Shown here piece by piece: positions 26,836 through 39,929 of a DNA stretch of 64,000 nucleotides; the first letter of the stretch is position 1, and every line of letters starts with the position of its first letter. Below the pieces are notes generated by a model that was not told the DNA's origin, made no database searches, and saw only the letters and a program-made list of their open reading frames with translations. The stretch covers positions 123,318,001 through 123,382,000 of the forward strand of contig OX597815.1 of the NCBI GenBank assembly GCA_951406725.2, given 5' to 3'. This stretch comes from Octopus vulgaris. Lineage: Eukaryota. Made by a program: the position numbers and the translations under genes.

Positions 26836-27660
26836 TGATTGATTGATTGATTGATTGATTCTAGTTTCAGCTTATGAGCTGTGGCCATGCTGGGGCACCG
26901 CCATTTGGTGTTGCTACTTGGTTTCACTTCACGAAAGCTTTCTAGCAACTGCCATTTGGTGCATGAGAGAGTTCGATGCAGCTGCCCTCATCTGCTCCTC
27001 CTGCCGTGAAGTTGGTTCATCTGGGACACCTGACAGAAAGAGATCCAGCTTCATTTTAAAGACATCTGCATCCACCCCATGCAGGTCTCTCAGGTTCTTC
27101 GGGAGGATATTGAAGAGCTGTGGGCCTCGGAAGCCCAGGCTATCACAGAATCTTGTCCTACATCTTGATGGCAAGTTTGGAGTCCTAGGCACCATGCAGT
27201 GGCGCCCAGTTCTGGCATTTGCGTAACTCTCGATGCCAAAGTTCAGGACACATCCCTCCAGGATCTTCCAGATGTATATTATGGCATATCTTTCCCGCCT
27301 ACGCTCCAGGGAATATAGTTTTAATCTCTTGAGTCTTTCCCAGTAGCTTACATTCTGCATAGAGGCTATCTTCTTCGTGTAGCTACGTTGGATCGCCTCG
27401 AGCTCTGTGATCAACTTGACACTGGATGGTGACCATAACTGTGAGCAGTAGTCAAAGTGGCTTAGGACAAGTGTCCTCCAGAGGACCATCATGGTTTCTT
27501 GTTCTCTTGTTCTAAAGGTTCTGAGGATCCATCCGGCCAGTCGTCTACATTTCATTGCCAATTTAGCAACACACACGAAAGGTTGCGTCATCACTCATGT
27601 AAATACCTAGGTCACGCACTGATTGTGCCTCTGGGATTGCTATTCCTCCGGGTCCAGTGT
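26836..27660 (-). mobile_element. CR1/L2-group LINE 3' end with intact 221-aa C-terminal ORF and (ATCA)n tail
   Basis: ORF 26929..27594: LVLSHFDYCSQLWSP...LYSLERRRERYAIIYIWKILEG...GPQLFNILP. Confidence 0.9.
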
Positions 27661-27662
27661 AT

Positions 27663-28030
27663 ATCATCATCATCATCATCATCGTTTAGCGTCCGTTTTC
27701 CATGCTAGCATGGGTTGGACGGTTCTACTGGGGTCTGTGAAGCCAGAAGGCTTCATCAGGCCCAGTCAAATCTGGCAGTGTTTCTACGGCTGGATGCCCT
27801 TCCTAACGCCAACCACTCCGAGAGTGTAGTGGGTGCTTTTTACGTGCCACCCGCACAGGTGCCAGACAGAGCTGGCAAACGGCCACGAACGGATGGTGCT
27901 TTTTATGTGCCACCGGCATGAGGGCCAGGCGAGGCTGGCAACGGACACGAAACGGGGCGGTGCTGGCAACGGTCGCGAAACGGAAGGTTCTCTTACATGC
28001 CACCGGCACTGGTAACACATCTGCAATTTC
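27663..28030 (-). mobile_element. RTE 3'-end element, young-looking (CpG-rich)
   Basis: (CAT)n tail plus ttccatgctagcatgggttggacgg; modular gtgccaccggca units. Confidence 0.8.
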
Positions 28031-28679
28031 CATTGATCGATTTCACAGTTTGTCTACCAAATCCACTCAAAGCCTTGGTTGACCTAAGGCTATAGAAGAC
28101 TCTTGATTTAACCCCAAACTATATGACTGAGGAAGGAACCTTAGTATATAACCATACCAACATCTATGAAATGCTAAATATATAAAAAACTTTATAGCTA
28201 TCACTGACACATAATGTTCTACTCCAAGCTATACAGTGAATGGTAAAATATCTAGATAAGATCAACTGGACAGATGAAGTTAAGACTTAGTGTTAACTCT
28301 TGATTTATGTGATATTTTGTTACTGTAATACAGATTCTGATTAGATTATCACAAAGATATCTCAACAATTGAAAACAGGGGAGTTATTATTACTAATCTG
28401 AATATTCCACCAAGGTTGACTTTACCTTTCAAGGACATTAAAAATAAGTACCAGTTAAACACTGGGGTTGAGGTAACTGATTTATCCACCACCGCCCAAA
28501 AATTGCTGGCCATGCACCAAAATTTGAAATCATTATTATTATGAACAATGGTTTAGACTATTTGCTGTTTAAACCATTATTTAGGAGATTTCTAGCAAAG
28601 TATTTGATCTGAGACCATGTATAGTGGTGAAGTAATTACATAATAGGCAAAGTTGTTGTAGCCATTGATAAACATATAT

Positions 28680-29135
28680 GATAATCATATTCATTTAATG
28701 TCTGTTGTCCGTGCTGGCATGGGTTGAATGGTTTGACCAAGGCTGGCAAGCTGAGGGGCAGCACCAGACTCCAGTCTGATTTGGCATTGTTTCTACAGCA
28801 GGATGCCCTTGGTAACACCAACCACTCCAAGTGAGTAATGGATGCTTTTATATGCCACCAGTATCTGCCATGACTATGATCTCACTTGGCTTGATGGGTT
28901 TTCAACTCAAGCACGGCATATTACCAAAGGTCTTGGTCATTGCCTCTGTGAGGCCCAACACTTGAAATGTGCTTTTTATGTAGCACCAGCATGGGTGCTA
29001 GTTACACAACACTGGCATCGGCCACATTGATGGGTCTTCTCAAGCATGGCATATTGCCAAAGGATTCGGACTCTAGTCATTGCCTCTGTGTGGCCCAACA
29101 TTTGAAGATCATGCTTCACCACCTTGTCCCATGTT
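28680..29135 (-). mobile_element. RTE 3'-end fragment with internal duplication
   Basis: Same family; 28890-28965 is repeated at 29027-29105. Confidence 0.7.
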
Positions 29136-29529
29136 AAACTATTAAAATAATTTTTCCTTTATTTCTTATCGAAATGTTTCAGACCAGTGATTTGGTCTCA
29201 AACACAGTTCCAACATTGTTGATAACCACTAGGAATGGTTGAATCATCAAGAAACTCACTTAGTAACCATGTAATTTTAGGCTTGGTCCAACTGCACAGC
29301 ACCTTGGGTATGCGTCTTCTACTACAGCCCAAGGCCAACCAATGCCTTATGAATGAATTTAGTAGATGGAAACTATGTGGAAGCCCATCATAAGTGCATG
29401 TGTATTTTCCAACCACTTGACAATCAATAGAATAAGTACCAGACTTGAAAAATAACTACTGGTGTTTATTTGACTAAACCATTCAAGCTAGTGCCCCAGT
29501 CTGGCCAGAGTCAAATGACAAACAGAATT

Positions 29530-32500
29530 AAAAAAAAAAAAAAAAAAGGTATTGAATCTTGGCTATAAAGAAATTTATAGAATAGCATCTGTTTAATAAA
29601 AGAAAAAAAGTAAAGAAACAAGCTGAATATTCAATATTTTATTTCTTAATTAGATTCAGTATAATTTTATAACAAGAATGAATAAATCCAACAAAAGAGG
29701 AAACTTCTGAACATTCAACAGAGAAAAAAAAAAAAAAAAAAGACAAATTGAAAAGAACATACCCAGATTAGAATAAATGTTGTTGATAGAAGTAGAATGA
29801 AAGACTGAACAAACCTTGTGAGTGTACATAAAATACACTTTATGAGAAGTCAAAGCCAATAAATGCTGTCAAATAATTTATTTCCCTCAGTTAAGGAGAC
29901 TGAATATCATATATTGCTCAGAATTGTTACCAATTTAAAGAATAATTCCCTAAATTATAAGAAAAATGATGGCAATATGAAACAAAAAGTGCTAGTCATA
30001 TGCACAAGTCCAATATTTTTCAGTGAAAATGCAAGTGATACTAAGTGTACATAAGTGAATAAATGAATGGATCTTTGTTGGTTTGGATGAGGTAGGTTCA
30101 GTTTGATCAACTGAATTACCTGCTCACAAATTAGCATGTAAGTGGTTGGGCATTTTGTACCTTTAATGTAATCCTTGAAAAAGAGAATTAGCAGGAACAG
30201 TATGTGTGCTAATGCTGTATCTTTGAAGTACAGGTACAATCCATCTGGTGAGCATCCATAGTTTCCATCAACCCAATTTCACTCACAAAGCTTGGGTTGA
30301 ACCAAGGTAATGGTAAAAGATACTTTTGTCCAAGAAGCTTTGCAGTGAGATTAAACACACAACCTTGTGATTGTGAAGTGAACACTTTAACCATTTGGCC
30401 ATGCTGTGTCTAAACACAATTGTACAGAGAAAGAAATGGTTTTAAATTAAATGAACAAAAAACAAAAATATTCTGAACAAGAATCCAAGAAAAAGTGATA
30501 ACAGATTCATATGAAAATCCAAGATTTAAACAGAATTCACTTATATTTATTAAGTTCATTAAGAATTAGGATCTATCCCTCAGTTGATTATTGTCTTGAT
30601 TGTTAACATTTGAAAAGAGACAAATGTTTATATTCAAAGAACAAACATATCTTGTATGATATTAAAATTATGATAGAATTGCCAATATTTAACTTACTCT
30701 GAAGGAATTTTATGATTATATATTTAGAAGTAGAGACAAAAGGCAAAACTATATTCTAAGTTTTTAGTCATAAATCTTTGGTAATATTTTCAACAAAATC
30801 TGATGACAGGTCCAAAAACGGAATATCTATTTCTTTTTATCAAAGTAAAATACTGTTACAAGGCTTTAAGTTGCTTACACTTAGCAGAAAACTTGAAACA
30901 AAATCAATTCTTCCTTGATATTAAATGAATAATATATATATTACACATAGAAGCTGAAGACTGAGTTTCATGGTAGAAAAATTAGCTGATTCGGTTAGCC
31001 CATATGTAATTTTTCTTGTACGTTTTACACCCTAATTTGTATTAAGTACTCTAATTTTTTGTTCAAACTAACACTTATATATAAATGTGTGTGTAATTTT
31101 TTTTATCTATAAAGGATTGACTTCCTTAGATATTTCCATGGATTTCAAAAGGCAATGTGGAAGCTATTCTAATAGAAGATACTTTTTTGCACAGTTAAAT
31201 TTTGTTTATTGCTATTACAAACAGCTATTTTGAATGCAAGAACAAAAGTTTGTAAGATATTACAAAAAGTAAATGTTTCAAATTATCCTCACTTCTTCAA
31301 ATACTCTGTGATGCAAAGATAAATACTACATTGCAAATACATTTAATAATATGAGAAAGATTAAATTTTAAAAGATGTTTGCAAATATTAAAAGAAAAGC
31401 TTTAAGCCAAAATGTTTTAAAGTGAATCATATAGGAAAATCATCATTATCAAAATAGCAATTTATTTTTAGATGGTCATACTTATATAAATAGCAAGAAC
31501 CAGCTGAAAGCATTAGCTACTAGAGCAATTACTTGGGATACCATGTTCCTAGGGGTGTGTATGTGTGTTCCATCTCATGTGTTGTTTACCTATAACTGTG
31601 GTGAAGGGAAAGGAAAGTTTTTGTAAACATATTTATAATCATCCATGAAAGAAGAAATAAATTTTTGGCAATTTTGTCAATAGAAAATGATATGAAAAAG
31701 ATATCAACGGTGTGATAAGACATTTGCAGATCAAAAGTCAAGGGAAAAAAATGGTTTTAGTTAGGATAGTTAACACTTTTCTCAGTTTCTGTTCTTTTAT
31801 TTATATTTTACTTTATTAAGAGAAAAATTCATTACATCAACAAGAAGTTCAAGATCTATCTTTGAACTTTCACCATATATCCTCCACTCAAATGTTTGTA
31901 ACAAAAATATGTTGAGAACATTGCTAGCAATGTGGATGTTTCTCTGTCTACCTAATTTATATTGATTGAAAGACTTTAAGATGCTGCTGTCTTTGAACTC
32001 ATTCCCTTAGCTTGTGTATTGTAATAAACATTTTATTCTGACATTCACCATTTCCCACCTCTCTTCTGAAAATTAAAAGTTGTACATTTAAAAGGTGCTT
32101 AAATTCATCTTGCCAGAGATGCCGACCTAGGTCTGGCCCTGTAAATATTTTAGTATAAATAATTAAAAAATGATTTTAAAGCCATAGTTGAAATAGTATC
32201 TTTTCACAAACACCAAGGATTCACTGGACTAGTGAGTAGTTCCAGTTTTCTAACATTAAAACACAATACACACAGCTCTCTCTACATGATGTTGGTCATT
32301 TTTACAAGTAGCTTCCACCTCATAGGGCTTGACACCCCTTTTCCTATTGCAGTGAACTGTGTTGAGTAGAATACACATTGCACAGATCAATAGAATATAA
32401 ACTTATGGTCCAAAAGTTCTTTAACCATTTGACCAATTTAATTTTCCAGCTACATTTAAATAATTTGTAAGTCCTGTAGAATTACCAGTTTATCCAATAT

Positions 32501-35500
32501 TATTTGAAGTATTTTTCAATTTTATAGAATAAACGTACACACACAAAAAAAGAGAGAGAATATTATCTAGATGACAAGTATTATAAATTTGGTGTGAAGA
32601 AAAGCCTTAGAAGAGCCTTAATTGCTTTCTTATACCAATGCTGTTAAACATAATTATAAATAATACATTTTGAAATTAATTGATGACATCAGTTTATCTA
32701 CCCTAAAAAATGTATATAATAGTATTTAACAGTTTGTAAGTTGCATAGAATATAGAGATTGTAGAGATCAAAGACAAAAAATAGTTTTAATGAGAAAATA
32801 TTTCTTTTAACATTAGGTTCTAGACTGATAATTAAAGGAAAAAAGAAATGAGATCAAGCGATGGACATCAGCAATTAGTGAAATATTGTTACAACTATTA
32901 AGAAACAAAGGACCATGATGAACTCAAAATAGAATCATAACTAAATGGATTTTTAATATATAAATCAAAATAATTCTATTGCAAGAGAAATTCATAATAG
33001 TTAAGTTATATTTAAAAGTGAAATGAAAGAATTTCAATTTTGGACTGAAGATGTCCAGATAAAAATCAAATAACTTTATTTAATGAGTCTTAATAATTTA
33101 GGGGACAATATGAATAGACTTTATTTGAAAGACTTGGATATGTAGCTATAGTTGAAAAAAAAAATTGAATTCTGTAAATGATAGCAGCAATTCTTTATCT
33201 CATGTGTCTCGTCTTGTTTTGTTTAGACCACTGAAAAGATAACAGGACATGTGACGAAAGAGCTTTGAGAAAGAAACAAAAAATATAATAAGCCTGTAAT
33301 GCTATTCCAATATCAGAAGTGAATAAACAAAAGTAATATTTTCAAAATAACCATTTATTGTCAATATTTATCTGTAATGTATATTTTTACCACACAGGTA
33401 TGAATTAGACAAACGCCAGCAGCAGAGCCTAAATAATAATCCTTTCTAATATAGGCACAATACCTGAAATTTTGGAGGAAGGAGCTTGATTACACTGACC
33501 CCTGAGCTCAACTGGTACTTATCTTACTTGCTCTGAAAGAAAAGACAAAGTTGACCTTGGCAGAACTTGAAATATGTGAAGAGCTGGAAGAAAGCCACAA
33601 AGCATTTTGGTCAACATGCTAATGATTCTACCAGCTCACTGTCTTAATAATAATAGTAAATAGTTGAATTGAAAAGAATATTCCAGATCAAGAGAATACC
33701 ATTGACCATTAAATAAAAAAAAAAAAATACCAGTTATCTTATGGTCAGTTGAATGATAAAAGGATATGTAAGGCTTAATTATAGTGAAGGCTGAAAAATA
33801 TTTAAAAAAAAGGCTTACATTTTATATCACAACCATTCAGATTACATGACAAAAAATTATACAAATGATTTTTTTGATGAGGTACAAGGAAAATCTTTTT
33901 AGCAGGGTTGTAAGGTTCACTCTCTTGTGTAACTGGTACTTATCAATTCCTGTGTACCAGGGAGAACAAAGAAGCTTTGGTGGGATTCTGAGTTGAAAAA
34001 CATTGAGTCCAGTTCTCTATATGAGATTAAAATTTCACTGTCAAGTCATTGATACCTCTATTAAATGTGGAATCTAAAGATTAAAGTGGGAGGAAAAGGA
34101 AAATCGTGGTATTTGTAATCTTCCCAAGATCATTAGAGAAATAACTAAAAAAAAGTTCCATATTGGAACTGAAATCAGGACACTTGCCAAACAGAATGTT
34201 AAAACAAAGTAAATGTGTTTTGTAAAAAATATGAAACATTTAAAATTCAATGAAACTATTTTTTCTTGCATGTCAGATTTCATAAAACAAAATTTAATAT
34301 ATAGAACTGTTTAGCAGTGAAAGTTAAGGTGAAATTTTTTGAAAACTTTGATATCTAATATCCATTGGTTGATATAGAGACAGCGTGAATGAGAGTCATT
34401 TAGTTTATGATTTAGTTTAGTGAATAAGAGTAATTTAGTAAAAGGTATGACAAAGTTTAAAGAAGACAATAAGATAACACAAGATAATACAACTAAGTTT
34501 GTTTTTTGCTTTTTTTTTTTAGTTTTTTAAGTAGGCAAAGATGCTGATTCCCACATCAAACTCAACAACAATACACAAAATTGAAATGAAACACACTTGC
34601 ATTCACAGGTGCACACAAAATCACTGAATCAAGAAATACAAATATTTTACTAATAAGCATGGATTTTGACATTTTTCCTAAGAAGGATCCAATTTAGTCG
34701 TAGACGACCATTATACATTTCTAACATTCATCACTACAGTAATACCATCACTAGTGTTAGATCAGGCCAGGATAATAATATAATACATAAAGAGCTATTT
34801 GTTACTTTGACCAAATCATGTATTTAACAAAAGAAAACATGAAACAATCAGCCTGAGACCATCTCTGGTTCCAAGATTCAAACTTCTTTTAAAGTGGTCT
34901 AAATTTAAAGCCTTTCAGCAAAATTTCATGTTAATTTATGTTCCTAAAACCTATATAAGTTATTTTACTAAATTCTTCATTTTTAAAATTAAAACAAAGG
35001 TAGGGTGCTGGAACAGAAATATAGTAACAAAAGCATTAAAGAATTTAACAATCCATTGATACAATTCTAATCTATTACAGAAAGATAAGCATTTTCTAAA
35101 GCCCAACAACTAAAGTTTAACCCTTGTTTCATGATGCTATATGAATCACAGATGAAATACACCAATCAGATAGAAACATCTGAAAATATTACCTATTCTC
35201 TCCTCCTGAGACACAAAAATCAAGTGTCCATTGCAAGAATAACAAATCAGCAGCAGATCTAATCACATAAGTATTAAGTTGGTAGCCCAAATTAGTACCG
35301 ACTCTATTGTACTTTAGAAATGAGAAATGGTTATAATTAAAATTAAATGTGATTTTTCTTTACATAGCTTAACTTATGTTATCAATCTATTGCTGTGAAT
35401 TTAAGGGTGACATTGGTATGTATCAGGTAGATTTTGAAAAATAACTTTTCACTGATCTAGTTAATGTAATAAATGGCCAAATATCTCTGAAGTCAGTCCA

Positions 35501-37049
35501 ATTATCTCCTTCAGTAGCTGTTTAGAACTATTCACCACCAGTTAATGGTACTTAATTTACTCCTCATATCTTTTGGGTAACATTAACTTCTTAGGTAAAA
35601 GACATTTGTCAATCCCATACCATTTTGCATAGTATATTTCATATTGCATGTACAATGGATCAGAAATTTTTTTTTTTTAATAATTTACTTTTCAACACAG
35701 TGATTCTAGTAGCTAAGGTATAATTTTCTCTTTTCTAAGGAAAGTAAATAGTTTTGTCACCAACAAAAGCAAATACTTTTATAACCTTCTTTCAGATACT
35801 TTACTACTTCTTCATTACATTTTTCTGATGATGGATATCACTGAAATAAGAATACTATCTGCTTTTTGTCTTAGCATAACTACATAATTTCAAATGCAAA
35901 CCATCATATTTTAGTAAATATCCCTATTTACCACTGAAAACTTGTGACCTAGTGTTATCTGACATTTCCTTTTTATTCTTTCATGAAAGGTCACACTTAA
36001 AATGTCAGATATTAACATTTCATAGAACACAATAATGTCTTGGTTCTATTTGATTTGACTCAAGCTGATGAAAATTATCACTTGTCTAGTGACAAACTTC
36101 ACTTTCTTCAATCACACTAACTAAATGACCATAAGAAGTTCTTGGATGATAAACTTTAATGTTCAGAAGTATAAAGAGTATAAATTAATGCTTTCATATT
36201 TCTAATACCTATCTGTCAGACAGCGACTTCTAGGATTTACCAAAAAGTCAACTACTGGACTAGCTATCACACAGCTCTATCATTTTTTAGTGTTTTAAAA
36301 TTATTTTCAAAAAGAAACAAAAATAAATTATTATTACTATTGTAACTCATATTTTTTTGATTAGAGGCAAAGATAATATTATATATGCAAAGCTGAATCA
36401 ACCAGCATATTACTGATATATATTTTATCAGTCCCTGGAGAAATGAAAAGTTGAGTCAAAGCTCAAATTGGATATCAATGATAATAATTAGAATAATATT
36501 GCAAATGAATGAAAAATACATGAGGTCAATCTTAATTTTTGATGTGACAAAATTCAAAGACAAAAATGGAAATAAGAAAATGTAGTATTGAAAATACTAA
36601 TGACATTCTTCATCTTCAAGTGAAAGATATGATAAAAACTATGATAATTTTATTAATTTCACCAATTATAAAAACAAAAAAAAAATGATTAACAGATGAA
36701 GTAGAACAAGAGAAAGAAAAATGAAAGGTTGGGGTTGATAATATTTTAAGGCACATTTCATAGATAATCTGGTCCTCATTCTTACCATTTAGGAATATTA
36801 GAAAAACCAGACAACCCAAAATAAATAATAACAGGTCTCACATTTTAGAAGAAATAAATATTCGAATAAGGATAGACACATTCACCAATCATTGAACATT
36901 CAACCTGATATCAGACTAATCAGCAGCATTATAATGCATTGGTTTGCACTAATTAAATCACATGAGCCAACTGAGTGGCTCATAATATTCCAGTTTTTGA
37001 TAAACTATGACTTTCAAGAGACATAAACAACCAAGCACACACACACACA

Positions 37050-37087
<38 letters not shown>

Positions 37088-38009
37088 TTATGGACAACCT
37101 AGAAATTTCTTTTTATTTCCTTCACCCAAGATGATTATAACACATCTGATCCTCTGGCCTCATTCAAAATGCATATGAAAATGTAAAGGAGGCATAAAAG
37201 CAATTTAATGACACATTTATGGCAATGGATACAATATACAATTAAAAGTAATCAGGTATTGTTAATTGCAATATTTCTTAAGAAATATTCTTCTAATGAA
37301 AGATTCAAGAAAATATATATGTATATATTAAAAAAAATTTGTTAGGTTTTTAAAAATCAGTTTATTTTTCTTTCAAGTTTTAAAAAAATAACCCCTAAAA
37401 GTGTACATGGATAACTATTTTCACCTTAGTATGACAATACATGTTCTACTTTACATATCTTAAGGTTTTAGTTTTCATTGTCTTTTGAAAATGCTTTCTT
37501 GTAATAGACAAATGAACAAAAATAACTCATTCAAATGCATAAATAAAATCTTTTAAGTGTGAAAACAATTTTTTGGGGGGTGGGGTGTATCAACAAGAAA
37601 TTTAATTCTTGAGTTGATAAAACTGAAATAAAATAATCCTCCTTGAACATTATAAAAAACATGATCGAATCCATTCAGTCACATCCCAATGGTTTGAGGA
37701 ATTAATCCTAAGAGAGTTCCAAATGTTTAGAAGAGGTTTATGTTGGCATTCACAGGTTACTGAGGTTTTTTTTTTTTTCAGAATTTCTCTTTTTTTTTGG
37801 GGTTTTAAATAAATGATATCAACAAGATAAGATACATTGAAATAGATATAAATAAGTTCTGGAGATTGTAAAATATGAAGAGATTTTAAATAATAAAAAG
37901 AGGGAAAAAAATCTTAAATAAATGGCAGCACATGGAATGGAATTAAGAATTATACAGTTCTGGAATCTTGCAATTCCTTCCCACCCCCAGAATATCACAG
38001 AAGTTGGCA
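29530..38009 (-). other. Putative long 3' UTR / downstream region of the ABCA2-like gene (true end unknown)
   Basis: Follows the stop codon; very AT-rich, U-rich on the sense strand, much poorer in LINE/SINE remnants than the flanks; several AATAAA on the minus strand. Confidence 0.35.
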
Positions 38010-38051
38010 TCAGCATGTTGACATTTCAATGTTTAGCAGGGAGAGCCGTGT
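38010..38051 (-). CDS. ABCA2: Probable last coding exon of ABCA2-like gene: TRLSLLNIEMSTC*
   Basis: Strong acceptor (ttttcatttttacttgcAG); phase 0 matches the previous exon; ends in Cys-stop like the recalled vertebrate ABCA2 C-terminus (AQLSFNTDTLC). Confidence 0.7.
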   Translation of the reverse strand, partial: TRLSLLNIEMSTC

Positions 38052-38432
38052 CTGCAAGTAAAAATGAAAATATTTTCAACAAGGATACAAAAAGAGCGAA
38101 AATGTGTGTAATGATAATATTAAGATTGTTTAAATATATTCTTAAATTCAAAATAAAATGTTACTAGAATAAGAGTGCGTGTGTAAGTATAAGCTCAAAC
38201 AATGAATAATCCAATGTATTAAATGGAGAAGGTGAAAAAGAGCCTCAGCCACGCTTTAAGAAATTCTAGATTAATCTTTGAAAGGAATTTATGTTATTGC
38301 TGGTCCGGGTTGTTGATTCCTATTGATTATAAACAATAAGGAATAAATGAGTCAAAAGTAAATTACACAGCTTGGCAGCAGGTTGAACTAGATTAGTATA
38401 GAGCAGTGGTTCTCAACCTTGGGCCATATGAC

Positions 38433-39559
38433 TGTAACAGGATGAGAGGTCCCCGAACTGGATGGGTGCAGCTTGCATCCTTTACATTAAAATATTAATC
38501 GAAGGAAAGAGCCAAGACTTCCGATTAACTTCAACAGCATAAATATTTTATTTCTGGATTTGCAATATATACATTCTTCTTTCAGGGTGAATCGGCAGCC
38601 TAGGAGCTTGTCGCAGTAGTCAAGTGGAGTGAGCCAAATCCTGTCCATTCAAGCGTAGCGGAGAAACGCCACAAGGTAGCAGCTTGAGAGAGCTGCTAAA
38701 ACACGACTGTCCTGTTTAGCTGCCAGCATTCGAGAGAGCGATACGAGGGAAAATTCGCTGCTGCTAGTTTTCTGCGCATGCGCATGAGGGAACTTCCAGC
38801 AGGCCTTCCGGAAGAATCCAACTCTGCGTGTGTGTGCTAGAGATTTCCAAGATGGTGCGACTGAGGCCAAGCGACCAAGACCTTTGGAAATATACTGTGC
38901 TCGAGAAGACCCGGCAAGCCAGATGAAACCATAACCCGTGGCCTATGCCAGGAGCATAACCAGCCCGCTTATGCGTAGCTTTTCCTTCTTTGGCTACTAA
39001 ACTTTGCTTGCAAAGACCTGTTGAGGCAAGTGAAATCAAATCAAAATCACTTCGATGACTGGCATCCGTGCTAGCGGGGTGCAAAGAGCACCATACGAGT
39101 GTGATCGTTGACAGAGCGGCTATTCGAGTATGAGCATTACCATCGTCACCTTACTGTCACTTATGCCTGTGCTAGTAGGATGCCAAGAACACCATCTGAG
39201 CGTGATCGTTGTGATTGTTGCCAGAGCAGCCAACTGGCTTCCGTACCCATGGCATGTAAAAGGGCACCATTCGAGTGTGATCATTACCAACGTCACTTCA
39301 CTGGCACCTGTGTCGGTGGCACATGTAAAAAGATTCGAGCGAGGTCATTGCCAGTACCGCCTGACTGGCCCCCGTGCAGGTGGCATGTGAAAAGCACCCA
39401 CTACACTCTCGGAGTGGTTGGCGTTAGGAAGGGCATCCAGCTGTAGAAACTCTGCCAGATCAAGCCTGGTGCAGCCATCTGGTTGCCAGCCCTCAGTCAA
39501 AACCGTCCAACCCATGCTAGCATGGAAAACACGTTAAATGATGATGATGTGTCATTACA
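38433..39559 (-). repeat. 3' LTR of the Gypsy element, interrupted near one end by an RTE-derived insertion
   Basis: Matches the 5' LTR to about 38862; the terminal gtgtcattaca resumes at 39549-39559, next to the PPT. Confidence 0.9.
38863..39548 (+). mobile_element. 5'-truncated RTE-family 3' end inserted in the LTR
   Basis: Homologous to the 3' UTR of the RTE LINE at 58300-58620; ends aacccatgctagcatggaa...(GAT)n. Confidence 0.8.
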
Positions 39560-39571
39560 AGGCTCCCCCTC
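39560..39571 (-). promoter_or_regulatory. Polypurine tract
   Basis: GAGGGGGAGCCT on the minus strand immediately before the 3' LTR. Confidence 0.8.
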
Positions 39572-39929
39572 GAGTGCAGAAGCACAAAACAGAAGATTGT
39601 AGAGGCTCCAGAAAACAAGATGGTTACCGATCACCCAGAAGATGTGGCACACAATATGACAACTCAGATAAATATTAATGCAAAAAGAAATAAACATGCA
39701 CAAAAGTTTTTTTTTTTTTTACAAAATGTCCAAGAGTAAAACATGAAATGGACCAGGAGAGAAAAGAGAATGTCAAATGTAAATTGTTTTTGAAAGTTTC
39801 TTGGGCCAGTGAACAGTTCTTCCTGATCTGGTAACATAAGGTTTGCTCGGAGCACTTCGACGATGAAGGTGGCGTTCTAGGCGTTGGTAGAGGTAAAGGT
39901 GCCTGTGTAGATGAATGTGGTGTCAAAGG

